A stretch of 64,000 bases of DNA from Candidatus Heimdallarchaeota archaeon (GCA_019056785.1 DXJV01000068.1:32001-96000), one strand, 5' to 3'. Shown: positions 10,517 through 20,317, counted from the stretch's first letter. Notes: generated by a model from the letters alone, not told the origin. Numbers and translations are program-made.

Positions 10517-12223
10517 TTAAAAGCCTATTCGCTTTTTACTCAAAAATTGATCTTTAATTTTAGTGCAAAACTCTTTAGTTGCTATTCTTTCTCTTGCTAT
10601 TTTCCCATTCTCGAGCATAATAACTCTACTGTTTGGGATGAGTGATAGCAAATCATGAGTTACAACTATGGCTGAGGCGCCTGTACCCATAATATAATCT
10701 ACAAGGAGGCTCATTACTTTGTGTTTGTTCATTTCGTCTAGATTGGCAGTGGGCTCATCTAGAAGTAAAATCTCCGGTGCTTGCAATAATCCTAAGAGAA
10801 ATGAAGCTCTTTTTCTTTCTCCTAATGAAAATTTTGCGACATCTTGATCTGTGATTTCGTCTAATGTGAGAAAGTGAAGAAGAAAATCCTTTTCATAGAA
10901 TGCCCTTTCCTTTTGAGTCTTGTGAACATTAAGGAAATAATTGAGATTTTCATCAAGGGTCATAGAAGGATACAAATTAACATATTGAGATAAATAATAC
11001 ATTTTTTGAGCGCGAACTTTTTCAACAAGAGATTGATTTGAAGAAGAGATAGCCTTGCCAAAGAGCTCTAAAGAACCATTAAAATCCAAGTCCATCCCAG
11101 AAAGAATGTTCAAAAAAGTGGTCTTCCCAGAGCCTGAAGGCCCAATTAAAAACACCAATTCACTTGGAAGAAGTTGGAGATTTATCCCATCAAGGATAAG
11201 CTGATCATTCGGAGAATGATACCACTTTTGTAAATTCTTACATGCTAGGATGGGTGTTACCCCCTTCTTGTGCTTTTTTGGATGAAATCCTGAGATTTTT
11301 ACAAATTGAGGATGTTCTACTTCTTTAAACGCTTCTGAGCCTTGTGGATTCTCGAGGAAGACTTTCTTTATTTCGTAATCAATAACGAATTTTACTTTCT
11401 TATCAAGAGCTAAAAGTTCCTTTATACGATTTGGTAAGAAAAGATAAGAAAAGCTATCAATATGCGAGACAAATATTTCTTTTGTCTGATTTTCCTTTTC
11501 TTGCTCTCCTTCTAAAAGATGTTCATTCAAGTCTTCTTGGGTATACACAGCACCCAACCTACCATTGAAGATTAGAAATGATTCGGAGACAACAGAAAAG
11601 TAAACAGGATCATGGCTTACCACTAAAATAGTTGTGCCTTCTTGTTGGTTTATTGCTTTCAATAACTCAAGGATAACTTGTGTGTTTTTTTTATCAAGTT
11701 GCCCCGTAGGCTCGTCTGCCAGCAAAATAGGCGGATTCGTTATAAGAGCAACAGCAAGACTCACTCGCATGCTTTCTCCCATGGAGAGCTGTTTGGCACG
11801 ATGCTGAGAGAGATGTTTGATTTCCATTCTTTCTAATGCATCTTCTACTACCTTTTTACCTTTTTCCCTGCTTTCCCCTAACAAGCGAAGGGGGATCAAG
11901 AGGTTTTGTTCAACAGATAATTCCGGAAACAAATTATAGTGTGGCATTTGATTAAGAAAGCCAATATTTTGAAGCCGAAATTGGTACAATTTTTTTGGTG
12001 TTAGTAAATCAATATCTTGAGACAACACATTTACTTTGCCACTCGTTGGTTGTTCTAAACCACTTAGAATTCTTAAGAGTGTGGACTTTCCAGCTCCACT
12101 TGGACCGATGATGGAAACAAAACTACTTTCTTCAACTGCCAAATCACATCCACTTAATGCGACAATGGATCGACCCAACTTAGGATTTGGATAAATTTTA
12201 GTTATTGCCTCTAATTTAATCAT
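10517..12223 (-). CDS. ABC ATP-binding protein with two fused LolD/MacB-type NBDs (cassette A)
   Basis: Two Walker A (GPSGAGKST, GPSGSGKTT), two DEPT Walker B, two H-loops; signatures LSMGE and FSLGE. Confidence 0.92.
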   Translation of the reverse strand: MIKLEAITKIYPNPKLGRSIVALSGCDLAVEESSFVSIIGPSGAGKSTLLRILSGLEQPTSGKVNVLSQDIDLLTPKKLYQFRLQNIGFLNQMPHYNLFPELSVEQNLLIPLRLLGESREKGKKVVEDALERMEIKHLSQHRAKQLSMGESMRVSLAVALITNPPILLADEPTGQLDKKNTQVILELLKAINQQEGTTILVVSHDPVYFSVVSESFLIFNGRLGAVYTQEDLNEHLLEGEQEKENQTKEIFVSHIDSFSYLFLPNRIKELLALDKKVKFVIDYEIKKVFLENPQGSEAFKEVEHPQFVKISGFHPKKHKKGVTPILACKNLQKWYHSPNDQLILDGINLQLLPSELVFLIGPSGSGKTTFLNILSGMDLDFNGSLELFGKAISSSNQSLVEKVRAQKMYYLSQYVNLYPSMTLDENLNYFLNVHKTQKERAFYEKDFLLHFLTLDEITDQDVAKFSLGERKRASFLLGLLQAPEILLLDEPTANLDEMNKHKVMSLLVDYIMGTGASAIVVTHDLLSLIPNSRVIMLENGKIARERIATKEFCTKIKDQFLSKKRIGF

Positions 12224-15150
12224 CAGGTTTCCTCCCTTATTGATGGCTGGAAGTTTAAGAACTTCTTTAGATAGAAATACCGAATACTAACATCAATTCC
12301 AATTATAACTACTATTAGAACAGAAAGATAAACAGAAATCTTGGAAAAATAGGGGACTTCAAGAACCCAATTATCCGCCTTAACAAGGATCTTTAGGAGA
12401 AAAGTAAGAGTACCAATACCAGCGGCACAGCCAATTGGGAACATTAATACTAGGAGAAGGAGATACTCGAGTAAGAATCCTTTTGAGATGTTTCTAATTG
12501 GAGTACCCCGATAACGCAATACAAGTATCTTTTCGCGGCGGTTGTTAAGTTCCTCTCTAGTTAATACAATATTTGTAGTGAAAAAGCTTATCGTTGCAAA
12601 GACACCCGAGGTAATTGATAAAGCAAAAATGCTGGTAGAAAAGGTGGGCAAGTACTTTGGATACCAATCAATCCATGTTGTTGGCAAAAAAGAATAGCCA
12701 AGAGCATCAACTTCTTGTAAAAATTGCTTAACTTCTACATGCTTTTCAAGTTTTACAAGAACAGCTTCTTCAATTATAATAATCAAGATGTCTTTTTGGT
12801 GGAGAAGGATGGTTTTAAAACCCCCTTCTGTCATCACAAGAAATGGAACCGTTCTTCCCTCTTCGTACTGTGCGTCCATTAACTCTTGATCATTCAGAAG
12901 AATCGGAAAGCGGTTAAAAGTTCCCCAAACAGTAAAATTAACTTTCACGAATTCATTTTCTGAAGCTGAGAGATTGTTTATTCCTATGGTGAGCAGACTC
13001 TCTCCTTGTTCAACTTCAATTCTATTGTTAAGAAAATCATCTTTTGATTGCGTTAGAATGGCATTAGTTCTATTGCAAAATTTCTCTAAACTATTTTTTG
13101 TGATCCCCATATGGTATTCTTTAGCATACGCTACAGTGGATCCAAAAGTGGGAGAAACAACAAGGACCTGGTAAACAACATTATAAATTGTCAATTGAAT
13201 AAAAGAATAATTGGCTGTAGAAGAGACCGAAGGAAGAGAAGAAACATCTGAAATAAAGCTCTCAGTAATAGAAGGTTGTTCTAAACGAAATGAAACATCA
13301 GAGCCGAGCATAAATCTTGCTGAATTAGCAGCGTGTTGAGTGAGGTAGGCCGGAAGAATGAACGATTGTAAGAGGATAAGGAAAAAGAGTCCAATAAAAA
13401 AAGATTGTTTTCTTTGATGCTGAAAGGCAAAAGACAGATTGTGTAATAAAATAGAGAATTTTTTAGAGACTTTTTCCCAGAGAGTTTGGGCGGTTGATAC
13501 CACTTTCAAGAGTAATATATTTATCAAAATAAAAAGAACGCAAACAACTACCATCGCAATAAAAAGATATGAAAAAGTGTTTAGAATGAAGCTTAAACTT
13601 GAAGTTAAATCTTCTTGAGCAAATAAAAATCTCTTTACTAGTAAAAAGGATGTTAACCCAATTAATCCAAACGTCGCCATTAAGCTGAAAATTAATAGCT
13701 GCATTTTCGATGTGTTTTTAGGATGAGTGGAGATAGAACTAAGGCGATTCGGGAAAGAAGCTTCAACTTGCTTGAGAAGAATTACCAAACTAATTAATGA
13801 AAAGCCAAAGATTATGATAAAAAACAGCAATGAGGGAAGAAAAACAGTAGCGAATGAAATGAGTTGTAATGGAAGAAAGTGTGATTTTAATAATAAGGTG
13901 ATTATCGCCAAATTACCATATGTTATAGGAAAGGCAAACAGAAGAGCGCAAAAAGCAGAAAGGGCCAACTCCAGAAATCGTGCCACTGAAAAAATTTTGA
14001 GAATGGTTTTTCTAGAAAAACCGCGAGTCAAAAAATTTGTGTAAATATCTGATGTTTTTAGAATGTTTGTCGAGACACTAAACCAAAGAATTGCTATTGA
14101 AAAAACTGTGACAAGGAGTCCAATTGCGATTAGACGGAACCACTGTTGCCGTATTTCACTTTTGAACGCCGCCATAAATTCAGCCAATTCTGGGCTCACG
14201 TTTGCGAAAAGCCCATGATAATAGGAGGGGCCTGAAAGTTTGGGCAAATTTTCTGCTGTCTTATAGAGTTCTTTTAAGTGAGAAATTTTGAAAGAAGAAA
14301 AATCATAAAGGAATTGGACATTAATGCTAATCTCAGAATATAATAATGCAGGGAAATAATGAAAGAAATCGGTTAGATAATCGATTGGGACTAAGAGTAA
14401 AGGGTGTTGAGAAATAAACCCCAAATTGCTACTTAAAGCGTGATGGAGAAAAGGATTTTCTGTGCTGAGTCTCCCTTCAAGGAGGAAATCATTCACTGAA
14501 AAATAGTTTGAGATACTAGCGTTTAAAGGGTTTATTAGAAAGGTGTTATTAATGAATACATCATCAATTTCTAAAGAAAATGGTAGAATAGAAATATTAT
14601 CCCCAATAGCGTAAGAATATTCGTACTCATCAGTTGGCAAATCGGTATTTCTCACCAAGATAACCTCATTATAGGCAACCGGCATCGTTTCGAAGGCAAA
14701 ATACTTGGAGGCTTGCATTAGAGTTTCATTTTCTAGGAACAGAACAGTTAGTGGTGCGAATGTTCCTTGTGCGAAAAATTGCATTTCTGCTTCGCATAAC
14801 ATTAATCGATCAGTTATATATCCTTCTAAGTTTGAATAAGAAATGATTTCTGTCACATCTTCGTCAATATTCTTTAGAAGGTCTGAGGGGATGTTGCTCG
14901 TGTTCGAAAGATAAGACTCACTCATCATGTAATACAGAGAATAATAGTCATCTTGTTCCAATGGGTGTAACGTTTGATATTCAGGTAAAAAAGAGGATTG
15001 CACACTTAGTCCGGTAAAAAGGGTAGGGAAGAATAAAAGGAAAGGAAGCATGAAACTTAAAAGATTAAAAGTTAATTGTCTCTTGTCACTAAAAGAAAAG
15101 GAAAATGCACTATAGAATAGTGCTTTGAAAGAGAGCTTTTCTTTGGACAT
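12223..15150 (-). CDS. FtsX/MacB-like ABC permease, doubled architecture (cassette A)
   Basis: Two TM/large extracellular loop/TM-bundle repeats, LGSDV and LRYRG-type motifs; 1-nt overlap with the ATPase. Confidence 0.8.
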   Translation of the reverse strand: MSKEKLSFKALFYSAFSFSFSDKRQLTFNLLSFMLPFLLFFPTLFTGLSVQSSFLPEYQTLHPLEQDDYYSLYYMMSESYLSNTSNIPSDLLKNIDEDVTEIISYSNLEGYITDRLMLCEAEMQFFAQGTFAPLTVLFLENETLMQASKYFAFETMPVAYNEVILVRNTDLPTDEYEYSYAIGDNISILPFSLEIDDVFINNTFLINPLNASISNYFSVNDFLLEGRLSTENPFLHHALSSNLGFISQHPLLLVPIDYLTDFFHYFPALLYSEISINVQFLYDFSSFKISHLKELYKTAENLPKLSGPSYYHGLFANVSPELAEFMAAFKSEIRQQWFRLIAIGLLVTVFSIAILWFSVSTNILKTSDIYTNFLTRGFSRKTILKIFSVARFLELALSAFCALLFAFPITYGNLAIITLLLKSHFLPLQLISFATVFLPSLLFFIIIFGFSLISLVILLKQVEASFPNRLSSISTHPKNTSKMQLLIFSLMATFGLIGLTSFLLVKRFLFAQEDLTSSLSFILNTFSYLFIAMVVVCVLFILINILLLKVVSTAQTLWEKVSKKFSILLHNLSFAFQHQRKQSFFIGLFFLILLQSFILPAYLTQHAANSARFMLGSDVSFRLEQPSITESFISDVSSLPSVSSTANYSFIQLTIYNVVYQVLVVSPTFGSTVAYAKEYHMGITKNSLEKFCNRTNAILTQSKDDFLNNRIEVEQGESLLTIGINNLSASENEFVKVNFTVWGTFNRFPILLNDQELMDAQYEEGRTVPFLVMTEGGFKTILLHQKDILIIIIEEAVLVKLEKHVEVKQFLQEVDALGYSFLPTTWIDWYPKYLPTFSTSIFALSITSGVFATISFFTTNIVLTREELNNRREKILVLRYRGTPIRNISKGFLLEYLLLLVLMFPIGCAAGIGTLTFLLKILVKADNWVLEVPYFSKISVYLSVLIVVIIGIDVSIRYFYLKKFLNFQPSIREET

Positions 15151-16595
15151 TAATTGCTTTCCCTCGGCCTTTTCTTTTTAAGGAAATAGAAGGTTAAACT
15201 TCCAATTAAGATTGATGGGGTTATAATCGAAGCAGTGATTATCAGCCGGAAATAAACGATCCTTATTGCTTTAATAAGGAATGGTTTTTTAATTTGGCTT
15301 GCAGCTGGTCCAAGGACACTAATAGCTGATATAATTTTAGACCCACCTCCAATAGAATGGTAGGGGGATGCATTTCCATAAATAAAACCTAGGAAGTACG
15401 AGTCAATAACCTCTTGGGTGTTAATATTCCACGAAAAACTACTATAAAATGGCTCATAATTTTCATCTAACCCTAAATCAACAAAATTCCAACTAGGGTT
15501 GTCCTCGGTTAGGTTATAACACCCCCTGTATAATCTAGGACCAATATGAGGCACATTCCTTAAATATAACAAGTTCACTTCGGAGCCATTCATCGCAACA
15601 TCAAAAAATTTTGGAGCAGTCTCGTAGTAAATCTCATTTGTAATATATTGGCCAAAAATTCCATAAGCATTTGTTGTAGTGCCCTGTAAAACAAATGTAT
15701 GTATTGTTTTATTATACTCAAAAAGGGCAAACTCTGATGAATAACCGATACTTGTAGGCAAAAAGTAGAAAAACTTGCCAGTGGTTTGATCGAAAAGCAA
15801 TCTCCCACTATTAATTTCATAATTTAGATAAGAGAATGAAATATTTATAGGGCTCATGAATGTTTGGGTAGTGAAATTAAAAGGTAAGAAGAGGTAATCG
15901 TCCTCTGCTGTAAGGTTTTTGAAGAGAAAATATGCGCAGTTAAGGGTTGTAGCATAGCAAGAGGAGACCGGCGTTATCTTTCCATTAAGTGTGAAAGTTT
16001 GTTTGTTTACCGTTGTACCTTTTATCTTCAGAGAAATTACTTCTGTTGCTTTACTCTCACTACTGATACTAGTAAGGAGAAAAACATTCTCGTTGTTCAA
16101 GAAGCGTATGCCAAGTAACTCTGGGTTGTAATAGTAATTCGAATATACATATTCATTGACATTTAAAAGAAAGATTTTTCTACTGAAATTTGTGGTGGCA
16201 TTGTAATAATAGTAATAATAATTGTGGTCGTATCTTTGATTGCTTTTGTTTTCTTCTGTTGCAAGATAAGCAACAGAAAAGGATTGATCTGCAAAAGCTG
16301 AGAAACATATTTCATTATTCAGATAAAACTCTTCTTGTATGATGTTTTTCTTAACTTTCCCCTCTTCAACTGAAAAGTGTATCAAGTCTTTTTTGTATTG
16401 TTGAATAGATGCATAAATCAAGTGAATGTTATTAGTACCAACCATTCCACCATAGATGCCAAATTCTCTATTCGATGTTACTACAATATTATTTAATGAC
16501 ATTGAAGTTGAAACAGCTAAAATTTCACAATTTGTCATTAAACAGATAGACATAAAAGCAATTCCCAGTAAGATTTTCTTTTCCATGCTTTTCAT
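15150..16595 (-). CDS. Secreted, C-terminally anchored beta-rich protein (cassette A accessory)
   Basis: Signal peptide, many NxS/T sequons, C-terminal TM plus KKKRPR; 1-nt overlap with the permease. Confidence 0.75.
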   Translation of the reverse strand: MKSMEKKILLGIAFMSICLMTNCEILAVSTSMSLNNIVVTSNREFGIYGGMVGTNNIHLIYASIQQYKKDLIHFSVEEGKVKKNIIQEEFYLNNEICFSAFADQSFSVAYLATEENKSNQRYDHNYYYYYYNATTNFSRKIFLLNVNEYVYSNYYYNPELLGIRFLNNENVFLLTSISSESKATEVISLKIKGTTVNKQTFTLNGKITPVSSCYATTLNCAYFLFKNLTAEDDYLFLPFNFTTQTFMSPINISFSYLNYEINSGRLLFDQTTGKFFYFLPTSIGYSSEFALFEYNKTIHTFVLQGTTTNAYGIFGQYITNEIYYETAPKFFDVAMNGSEVNLLYLRNVPHIGPRLYRGCYNLTEDNPSWNFVDLGLDENYEPFYSSFSWNINTQEVIDSYFLGFIYGNASPYHSIGGGSKIISAISVLGPAASQIKKPFLIKAIRIVYFRLIITASIITPSILIGSLTFYFLKKKRPRESN

Positions 16596-16659
16596 CTCTC
16601 ATTTAATTTTTACTTTTTTTCTATAAAGACCTTTTTAAAAAGAAATAAAACCTCCATTT

Positions 16660-17317
16660 TTACGGGGGCCAAGGATCAGGAAAAGTGACGTATGCTAAAA
16701 CATCCTCAATTTCATTGTCTGCTCCAGAGGAGAAATAGTCATCTATATGGCTCCAAAAAGAAGCCCAATCATCATGCGAAATATCCGCCATCGGTCCAGT
16801 AGGCATATTGATTGTCCCACCGCCAAGAGGCAATGGTATAACCGTTATTATAGAATTCCATTGTTGCGTATTGTGTGAATTGCCAGATACCGACTTTTAA
16901 ATCATCTCCTGCGCTTTCTCCGAAATTATATTTGTATGATTTGTCGCTATGAGAGCCATCATATACTGTTATTCGCATACTGAAATCGTTCCAGCTATCA
17001 CCATTAGAATTCGAAGCTACAATAATTAAAAAGTCCATGTAGTTTAAATATGGCATGAATGCTGAATCAGGTCCGCTTAAAGTCTCATAGATATCAAAAT
17101 CATCTTTTCCTGTAGTTTCATACGCGAAATACCTAGTTGCTTTTCCTCCTGTAGAAGGAACATCAACAAGTAAAATTAATACGCTGTCGCCATATAATCC
17201 AGACCCATTAAAATGAATCCGTATATTATCGACATAAGCTGAATTAACAAAAAAAGAATTCAAGCTAAGTATAGTCAATAATACGGCAAAGAGAACAAGA
17301 AATCTTTTCGTTTTCAT
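16660..17317 (-). pseudogene. Small secreted protein (cassette A cargo); ORF stops at 16772 but probably continues in the +1 frame to 16660
   Basis: Signal peptide MKTKRFLVLFAVLL, GGGAGG before ATG; after ...GGYFA* the shifted frame from 16773 reads DDWASFWSHIDDYFSSGADNEIEDVLAYVTFPDPWPP* with the same D/W/Y/F-rich composition. Confidence 0.6.
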
Positions 17318-17331
17318 TTTTTTCCTCCCAT

Positions 17332-17410
17332 AATTTTTCCTATTCCAAAACCAAGAATAGTTGTAAACACTAGGATTAATAAAAAAAAGGTTGTTTTCTT
17401 TTACGTAAAA
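17332..17410 (-). promoter_or_regulatory. Conserved cassette leader, copy A
   Basis: Reverse complement matches 27711-27791 with 4 substitutions and a 2-nt indel; contains palindrome TTTTACGTAAAA and TATA-like TTTATTAA. Confidence 0.9.
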
Positions 17411-17604
17411 AAAGCAAAACTTTTTTTAATTTTTGATAGCTATATCAAACAATTCTAAGAAATCATTGGTTCAAAATTAACTTAAGTATAAATTTTTTTG
17501 CGATTTTTATTTTGCATGATTTGAAGGACTTTTTTCTTCTCATCGCAACTATTTTAAAGAGAAAACGAGAGGGAAAAATAGAGCACAATTCATTTGTCTC
17601 TTAT

Positions 17605-17713
17605 GAGTCTGTAGCGCAGCTAGGATAGCGCGGCAGCCTTCTAAACGGCTCATGACGCAATCATGTTCGGGAGTCGTTGCAGGTCGAGGGTTCAAATCCC
17701 TCCAGACTCGCCA
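17605..17713 (+). tRNA. tRNA-Arg(UCU) with 31-nt intron and encoded CCA
   Basis: Acceptor GAGTCTG/CAGACTC, D-stem GCGC/GCGC, anticodon stem GCAGC/GTTGC with CT-TCT-A, T-arm GAGGG-TTCAAAT-CCCTC, GCCA then T-tract; intron ~17644-17674 or 17645-17675. Confidence 0.9.
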
Positions 17714-17727
17714 TTTTTCACTATAAG

Positions 17728-18456
17728 TCAAGCGTTCTTCTTAGGTTCTTTTCCGACTTTCTTCTTTGCTTTCTTTTCTTTCTGCTTTTTTTCGCTCTTC
17801 TTTTCCCCGGGGCGTTTTGTATTATATTTATAGCTAAAAGTTGTCACAATGTGAACAACTTTCTCTGCGACATAACTCATTTCTTGCAAGCTATCACGCA
17901 ATGAATTACCAATTAGTACTTCTGGGTCCTCAAATGAATATTCACACTTTCCTTCTACATCACAGAATTTGAATTCATAGAGCTCGCCGAGAAGTTTTTC
18001 GCACCCTTCTTTCAGCACTGCTGCTTTTTCCATTGCTAACTCGTAATCATCATAGAGTGCGTCAACATCTTCGTGCATTATTTTTGCTGTTTCAGAGATT
18101 TTTTTAAGGAGCTTCAAGAGACGTTTATAGTTCTCTTCTACGATTTGTTCTGCATATTCGGATAACAGCAATCGAACTTCTTTGCATTTCGACAACACTT
18201 CATTAATTCTTTGAAAGAGCTGGAATTTCTCGATCTCAATTTTTGTGTCCACTTGTCCATCTTGCATCAGTTTCAATAAAAGGTTTCGAACATTCTTCTC
18301 TTCCATCTCGAGGATTTCTAGCGTGTGGCAGGGTATTTTTGTGGAGTATTCAATATATAGTGCCTCAAAATATTTTGATGGGAGATAGGAGAATTGCAAT
18401 AATTTCTTCTCAATTTGTTTTTGAATTCCTCTGTAACCAAATAATCTACTAGCCAT
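17728..18456 (-). CDS. Divergent DUF47/PhoU-like helical protein with Lys-rich tail
   Basis: All-helical, directly downstream of PiT; ATG at 18456 lies just after the PiT stop (ORF opens at 18489). Confidence 0.6.
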   Translation of the reverse strand: MASRLFGYRGIQKQIEKKLLQFSYLPSKYFEALYIEYSTKIPCHTLEILEMEEKNVRNLLLKLMQDGQVDTKIEIEKFQLFQRINEVLSKCKEVRLLLSEYAEQIVEENYKRLLKLLKKISETAKIMHEDVDALYDDYELAMEKAAVLKEGCEKLLGELYEFKFCDVEGKCEYSFEDPEVLIGNSLRDSLQEMSYVAEKVVHIVTTFSYKYNTKRPGEKKSEKKQKEKKAKKKVGKEPKKNA

Positions 18457-18458
18457 GA

Positions 18459-19463
18459 TTAAAACAACCACCTTATTCCGTGATAGCATGCTACTGCAAT
18501 AATACCACTAATTAATGGCGTTAAAAGTACAAACAGCACAACCATCCGGATTGTTTTGAAATTTATCGGTTTATTCATCCCCATTCCCGCCCCCAGAAAA
18601 CTTGATACGAGGACCATTGTTCCTGAGACAGGAATACCCAATATAACTGCTGTAAAGACCACTAATGCTGCTGAGCCCTCTGTTACAAAAGCCGATTCCG
18701 GTGTTAGTTCCACAACCTCATTTCCTAAAGTTTTCAATACTTTCCAGCCAATAATGATCAACCCAAGCCCCAAACCTGCTCCTCCAATAAGTAAAGGAAT
18801 GCGCGAATACCAATAATCTGCGGCACCAACACGCCCTGTGGCAGTAAATAACGGGACAATGGGAGCAATTGCGTTGTTAATGTCATTACCTGCCCGTGAG
18901 AGCCCTGTCCAGACAACCATTAGAAGGAGAAACACACCAAAAACGGAGTTTGCTGTTTCATGTTGCCTTAAACTTCGCACGGTATTTTTTAGAATATATC
19001 TCACGAGTTTCATCAGTAAGAACGAGATGGTGAAGCCCAAAATCGGTGAAATAACCCAAGTGGTTAAAACCCTCCCCATTCCGGACCACCCCCACTCAAC
19101 TTTGTATCCCTGTGCAAAAGAAATGCCTAAGATAGCTCCTACGAGGGCTTCGGTAGAAGAAATAGGCAAACCAAAAACAGATGCAAGTATCAAACTGATG
19201 GACATAGCAACATAGATAGAAATGAGCACAGGGTCATCTTGCATGGGCAAATCAGGGGAAATGTTATTTCGCAATGTTTCGCCGACATTTTTAGAGAGAA
19301 AGAATCCGCCGATTATTGCGATTCCCGCGCCTAGGAATACCGCAGTACGAACTGTTAATCGTTTTACCCCCACTACTGAGGAAAACGTTTCATCATTAGC
19401 TCCAATAGCGAAGGCTAACATCAAGGAAACAATTACTATAACAATTAATATAACATCCACCAT
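18459..19463 (-). CDS. PiT family inorganic phosphate transporter
   Basis: GAND and GND signature motifs, GLPISST and GIPVSGT. Confidence 0.92.
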   Translation of the reverse strand: MVDVILIVIVIVSLMLAFAIGANDETFSSVVGVKRLTVRTAVFLGAGIAIIGGFFLSKNVGETLRNNISPDLPMQDDPVLISIYVAMSISLILASVFGLPISSTEALVGAILGISFAQGYKVEWGWSGMGRVLTTWVISPILGFTISFLLMKLVRYILKNTVRSLRQHETANSVFGVFLLLMVVWTGLSRAGNDINNAIAPIVPLFTATGRVGAADYWYSRIPLLIGGAGLGLGLIIIGWKVLKTLGNEVVELTPESAFVTEGSAALVVFTAVILGIPVSGTMVLVSSFLGAGMGMNKPINFKTIRMVVLFVLLTPLISGIIAVACYHGIRWLF

Positions 19464-19514
19464 TTTAAATCACTGGCTTGTTATTTCACTTTGTGTTCAA
19501 CTTCAATCTTCTTT

Positions 19515-20213
19515 TTAGACTTCGCTAATGACAATCGAACGCAAAACATCAGAGGCGTCTTCTGCCGCATTTGCAGCTAATTCAATATCTTTCATTGCAT
19601 GATCGAAAATATTCAATCCAGCAAAATTCTCTGCATAGTCTTTGTATTCAAAATAATGGTTTTTTAGTCGCGTATACAAGCCATCCATTTGATGCTCTAG
19701 AAAGCTGATTTCTGTAGTCAGGTCAATTGTTCGTTGAATGTCTTTGCGATATATGGATAGGGCTTCCGCCAGTTTATCTACTGCCATATTTAACAATTCA
19801 CAGCTTTTCATAATCTCCTCGAAAATATGTTTTGGCAATTTTACCTTATGCATGATTTGCACATTTATACCTGCCCTTTTTGCATTATTGGCGACCTCAT
19901 CAACCCGTTTAATAAATGTCAGAATATCAGCCCGGAGTTTTGGTTTTAGCGTTCCTTTAGTAAGTTCTAGCCACATGTCTGCCAGCAACTTATCTGCAGC
20001 GTTTTCTTCTGCTGACATTATCCCAATTTCTCTGTCAAGGTCGGTAAATTTTCCATCATACCATGCCTTAAATGCACGTGTTAAAGCTCTTGTGACAAGC
20101 TGGACGCGGGACAGATGTTCTGTCATTTTGTTCTGAATCTCTTGCTCGGCGCTTTTTCTGAAAAAACTACTGCGAAACTTCATAGCGTTCACCATAACTC
20201 GTTTGTCTTTCAT
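19515..20213 (-). CDS. DUF47 family phosphate transport regulator (PhoU-like)
   Basis: EENAAD, EHQMD, ANAAEDASD acidic helical motifs; upstream of PiT. Confidence 0.85.
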   Translation of the reverse strand: MKDKRVMVNAMKFRSSFFRKSAEQEIQNKMTEHLSRVQLVTRALTRAFKAWYDGKFTDLDREIGIMSAEENAADKLLADMWLELTKGTLKPKLRADILTFIKRVDEVANNAKRAGINVQIMHKVKLPKHIFEEIMKSCELLNMAVDKLAEALSIYRKDIQRTIDLTTEISFLEHQMDGLYTRLKNHYFEYKDYAENFAGLNIFDHAMKDIELAANAAEDASDVLRSIVISEV

Positions 20214-20317
20214 TTATTCATTTTGCCTAAAGGTGTTAAGAATAAAAAGATTGTTGTGGTAATTTCAAAAAAAATGGTCTTCTATCTAAAACGCGTAAAT
20301 GAAAAAAAGCAAGTGAA

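Noticed and set aside
16769-16774. TGA TGA as selenocysteine readthrough of cargo A
   Set aside because: In-frame readthrough hits another TGA after 9 codons; the +1 frame explains the downstream sequence better.
17648-17656. CT-CAT-GA as a tRNA-Met anticodon loop
   Set aside because: It lies inside the intron; the cloverleaf places TCT at the anticodon position.
17605-17713. tRNA as attachment site of an integrated element
   Set aside because: No duplicated tRNA end and no integrase seen by eye; a BLASTn of the tRNA halves would be needed to exclude it fully.
17549-17904. ORFs 17549-17731 (-) and 17677-17904 (+)
   Set aside because: Shadow translations of the tRNA and of the Lys-rich tail of the neighbouring gene.
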